Assembly (NCBI GenBank): GCA_035530515.1
Contig: DATKUO010000223.1
Coordinates: 686 to 64,685, forward strand
From: Bacteroidales bacterium
Lineage (GTDB): Bacteria > Bacteroidota > Bacteroidia > Bacteroidales > VadinHA17
DNA: 64,000 nt
Direction of reading: 5' to 3'
Both the position numbers and the translations under genes were made by a program. The notes below the pieces were generated by a model, which worked only from the letters and a program-made list of their open reading frames with translations, had not been told where the DNA came from and made no database searches. Shown here one piece after another: positions 61,266 through 64,000 of the stretch; position 1 is the first letter of the stretch; the number at the start of each line of letters is the position of its first letter.

Positions 61266-61985
61266 ATGAAAAGAGCGATGATACTTCTTTATTTTATTAT
61301 TCTGGTATTTCAGATAAATGCTCAGCAGAATAGCTCAACTAAGGTTGATCCCGGTTACTTTATTACACATAATAGAGAGGAAGTAGTAAGCAAATTAGTT
61401 GATCTGCCTTGTGGGATAAAGGCTGAGGATCCGTTAAAAATAATCCTGCAGAAGCTGGATGCTTATCTTGTTGCCTTTCAGCCTGGTGATAAGTACTCTG
61501 ATGATGTATATGCAAAAGCAGCTAATCTACAGGCACTTAAAAGTGTTATGCAGGGAGGATATGGTATTGGGTCTATTCTAATTAACCAGGAGGGAATTAT
61601 CATTGCTGAAGCTTTTAATAGTCAGATACAGAAGCACAGGTCGGATCTGCATGCTGAAATGACTTTATTAACAAACTTTGAAGAAAGCCGTCTGGCAAGA
61701 AAATATGTGAATATTTATATTTACAAGCCAGGAATGACAGTTTTCAGTTCCGCAGAACCATGTCCAATGTGTTTCATTAGAATTATTACTACAGGCTCTG
61801 ATATAAGATATTGTACTCCTGGACCTGATGATGGCATGGCTAGCCGTTTTGATTATCTTCCTTCTAACTGGAAAGAGATGGCTATGAAAAGGAAAATCAG
61901 TCTGGGTGATTGCTCACCCGTTATGCAAAAAATATCACATCTCCTGTTCTATTCGTTTCTATTAGATGATCGAGGACCGCACTAA
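61266..61985 (+). CDS. Exported CDA-fold (cytidine/deoxycytidylate/guanine deaminase-like) zinc deaminase
   Basis: The start is set at the ATG at 61266. It has a signal peptide MKRAMILLYFIILVFQINAQ and the zinc motifs HAEM and PCPMC. Confidence 0.7.
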   Translation: MKRAMILLYFIILVFQINAQQNSSTKVDPGYFITHNREEVVSKLVDLPCGIKAEDPLKIILQKLDAYLVAFQPGDKYSDDVYAKAANLQALKSVMQGGYGIGSILINQEGIIIAEAFNSQIQKHRSDLHAEMTLLTNFEESRLARKYVNIYIYKPGMTVFSSAEPCPMCFIRIITTGSDIRYCTPGPDDGMASRFDYLPSNWKEMAMKRKISLGDCSPVMQKISHLLFYSFLLDDRGPH

Positions 61986-62121
61986 TGTTTTATTCTCCGG
62001 GAAATTGAATCCAGAGTAAAATCTACTACCACTTTAAGTAGTTAATTCCGGCTTTTTATGGTTAATAAGATACGGATAACCATGATAAAGTCGCTGGCTT
62101 TTCCATCTGACATATTATATC

Positions 62122-63384
62122 CTATTTGATTAAAGATCTGAAATCGTCCCCTGTTGGATTTTGAAAAATTTTGAGTCCAAACTCGGGTATCACGGCCAGC
62201 AGATGATCAAAAATGTCAGCCTGTATAGCTTCATAGTTTGCCCATTCCTGGTCGTTACTGAATACATATATTTCTATTGGAAGTCCTTTCTCCGACAGAG
62301 GGAGCTGTCTTACAAGAAATGTCATGTCATTATGTATTTTGGGATGCTGATGGAGGTATGATTCTACATAGGCCCTGAAGGTTCCTATATTAGTAAGACG
62401 ACGACCATTAACAATACTGTTGTCGTCAATATTTTGCTCTGCATTATATTTTTCAAGTTCCAACTCTTTTTTATGCATATATTCCTTGAGATGATGTACC
62501 TTTTTAAGTCTTTCCTTCATATCTGCATCCAGGAACCTTATACTATTCATATCGATATAAATTGCCCTTTTTATTCGCCTTCCACCTGATTCTTCCATCC
62601 CTATATAGTTGTGGAACGATTCCTGCACCAATGAATAGGTTGGTACAGTAGTAATTGTTTTGTCCCAGTTCTGTATTTTGATAGTATTCAGGGATATATC
62701 AATTACAGTTCCATCTGTACCCCTTGAAGGTAAATTTATCCAATCTCCAACTTTCACCATTTTATTGGCTGATAGCTGAACACTGGCCACAAGGCTCAGT
62801 ATAGTGTCCTTAAAGACAAGGATCAGTACCGCAGCCATTGCACCCAGACCCGTTAAAAGAGTCTTTATTTCCTGATTGAATATCACTGATATGACTATCA
62901 ATACGGCTACAATTACTACAAAGATCTTAGCTAACTGAATATAACCTTTGATTTGCCTGTGATTGGATATTGGCAATTCCAGGTATATTGCATGCCAGGC
63001 ATCGATGAACGTATTCACAAACATCGTCCCTGCAATAATCATATACAGATAAGTCAACTCCTTAACAAACGCCATCCATCCAGGGTAATCAGCAAAAGCC
63101 CATCCGGCCATCAGCCATATAACTACTGCAGGTGCAAAATGCGATAAACGGCTGAATACATGCATGTCAAGGAAGATGTCGTCCCATTTGAATTTTGTTT
63201 TCCGGATAATAGTTGTTACAACTTTTTTTATAATAAATCTGGCCGCCATGTAGGCAATCCAGCTTAGAAGAATAACTACAGATACAATTATTAAAGTGCG
63301 TAAAAAGACTGCCAGGTTCTCATCTAATCCAGATGAAATAAACAGATCATAAATGAACCCTGAAGGATCAAAATTCTTAAACAT
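62122..63384 (-). CDS. Mechanosensitive ion channel, MscS family
   Basis: TM helices are followed by the MscS beta-domain (VKVGDWINLPSRGTDGTVIDISLNTIKIQNWDKTITTVPT). The start is uncertain: MFKNFD at 63384 is preferred, while the track ORF extends to 63471. Confidence 0.8.
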   Translation of the reverse strand: MFKNFDPSGFIYDLFISSGLDENLAVFLRTLIIVSVVILLSWIAYMAARFIIKKVVTTIIRKTKFKWDDIFLDMHVFSRLSHFAPAVVIWLMAGWAFADYPGWMAFVKELTYLYMIIAGTMFVNTFIDAWHAIYLELPISNHRQIKGYIQLAKIFVVIVAVLIVISVIFNQEIKTLLTGLGAMAAVLILVFKDTILSLVASVQLSANKMVKVGDWINLPSRGTDGTVIDISLNTIKIQNWDKTITTVPTYSLVQESFHNYIGMEESGGRRIKRAIYIDMNSIRFLDADMKERLKKVHHLKEYMHKKELELEKYNAEQNIDDNSIVNGRRLTNIGTFRAYVESYLHQHPKIHNDMTFLVRQLPLSEKGLPIEIYVFSNDQEWANYEAIQADIFDHLLAVIPEFGLKIFQNPTGDDFRSLIK

Positions 63385-63498
63385 GGTCAATAAGTTAGAT
63401 TCATACCAAAAGTAGATATTTTTTGTATAATAGTGTATGATCCTGTAATTTCCTGCCATATTCATCATCAACAGCTAATTTCTATCCGGTCATCCTTG

Positions 63499-63546
63499 CC
63501 ATTGTACCGTTATACCGTTGTACCATTGCGCTTTTGTACGCTTCTT
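63499..63546. repeat. Degenerate 8-bp tandem array (6 units), related to the array at 993-1048
   Basis: The units are CCATTGTA CCGTTATA CCGTTGTA CCATTGCG CTTTTGTA CGCTTCTT. It shares the ACCATTG and CCATTGCG words with 993-1048. Confidence 0.85.
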
Positions 63547-64000
63547 AATACCTTTCATTAATTATATACGTGCTATGATTATGAGTTCATCACCGTATTA
63601 TAATACGGTTTTTACTACGGTGATGGTAATTGAATAATTATGTAATAGTAATATAAACAAAAGACGGAGGATGACATCTTGTTTTATCCAAAAGTGTGGG
63701 TTGCATAAATGGGAGCAGTTTCCTTGAATTCAATATGACGGCTAGTTGGTTCTGTGGATAGTTTTTGGGAATTGCTTCGTCCTGCCACGCCGTCCTCGCA
63801 ATGACCCTGCATGTAAGGTAGGTTTGTTTTGGGATTTCGACGTGTTGGATAAAGTAAACCGGTCCTTGCGAGGAGTCACGCTTTTCTTGTTTACCCGGGT
63901 AAGAATCCTTCAGTCCATGACGAATTCTATGGTCAAGATAAAAATGGTACATGCGGATTCTTATTTAAAAATTAAGATCATGAAAGCTAAAAAAGAATTA

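Noticed and set aside
63638-63952. A 104-aa minus-strand ORF at the right end (MYHFYLDHRIRHGL...PVYFIQHVE...RVIARTAWQDEAIPK).
   Set aside because: It faintly resembles a truncated GIY-YIG-type small protein, with an MYxFY start and a VIAR...DEAI tail word that I recall seeing in Bacteroidota hypothetical proteins. However, the core YILxxxxGxxYIG segment is missing and I cannot verify the similarity without a search. It is not reported as a gene and may be a degenerate remnant.

Overview
This 64-kb window is gene-dense, AT-rich core chromosome of a Bacteroidota-type bacterium. That assignment is an inference from the short 286-aa primary sigma factor, TAnnTTTG-type -7 boxes, ribosomal protein Thx, a fused E1 alpha/beta 2-oxoacid dehydrogenase, the TolC-MFP-RND gene order, and lipoprotein and TAT signal peptides. 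I call 47 protein-coding genes.

Main contents, left to right:
- 1-9795: a sugar/polyol-phosphate enzyme cluster.
- 9960-15191: a tripartite RND efflux operon.
- 15300-19058: an E1(alpha-beta fused)/E2 2-oxoacid dehydrogenase pair.
- 19390-24573: a GntR regulator followed by a TAT-exported Gfo/Idh/MocA enzyme and a lipoprotein beta-propeller/phosphoesterase.
- 24646-26655: a small island of RNA-binding genes (CspA-like, RRM protein, NYN-LOTUS protein, Thx with a lysine-rich tail).
- 26775-32639: a ThDP enzyme, an EamA transporter, an LtaS-like transferase and an MFS transporter.
- 32754-34547: a DEAD-box helicase.
- 34879-37088: two conserved hypothetical genes.
- 37230-42332: an outer-membrane protein, an ABC ATPase, two FtsX permeases and a LolA-like protein.
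- 42407-63384: ftsE, a 1006-aa TPR protein with a beta-barrel partner, gyrB, a DUF362/ferredoxin protein, dacB, rlmN, dapF, htrA, rpoD, uvrB, an FAD oxidoreductase, a signal-peptide-bearing CDA-fold deaminase and an MscS channel.

I found no rRNA, tRNA, CRISPR array, transposase, integrase, phage gene or recognisable defence or toxin-antitoxin system, so I cannot point to a clear-cut novel system.

The observations most worth a second look are:
1. A recurring class of intergenic 7-, 8-, 9- and roughly 10-bp degenerate stutter arrays at many gene boundaries. Two are related octamer arrays at opposite ends of the window.
2. A Thx ribosomal-protein motif fused to a duplicated lysine-rich tail, sitting beside RRM, Csp and NYN-LOTUS genes.
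3. The orphan sugar-phosphate cluster with an unusual enzyme mix, including a PHP-like protein.
4. The OMP/ABC/FtsX2/LolA-like module.
5. An exported deaminase.

All functional calls come from motifs I can read in the translations plus family knowledge. No database search was run.
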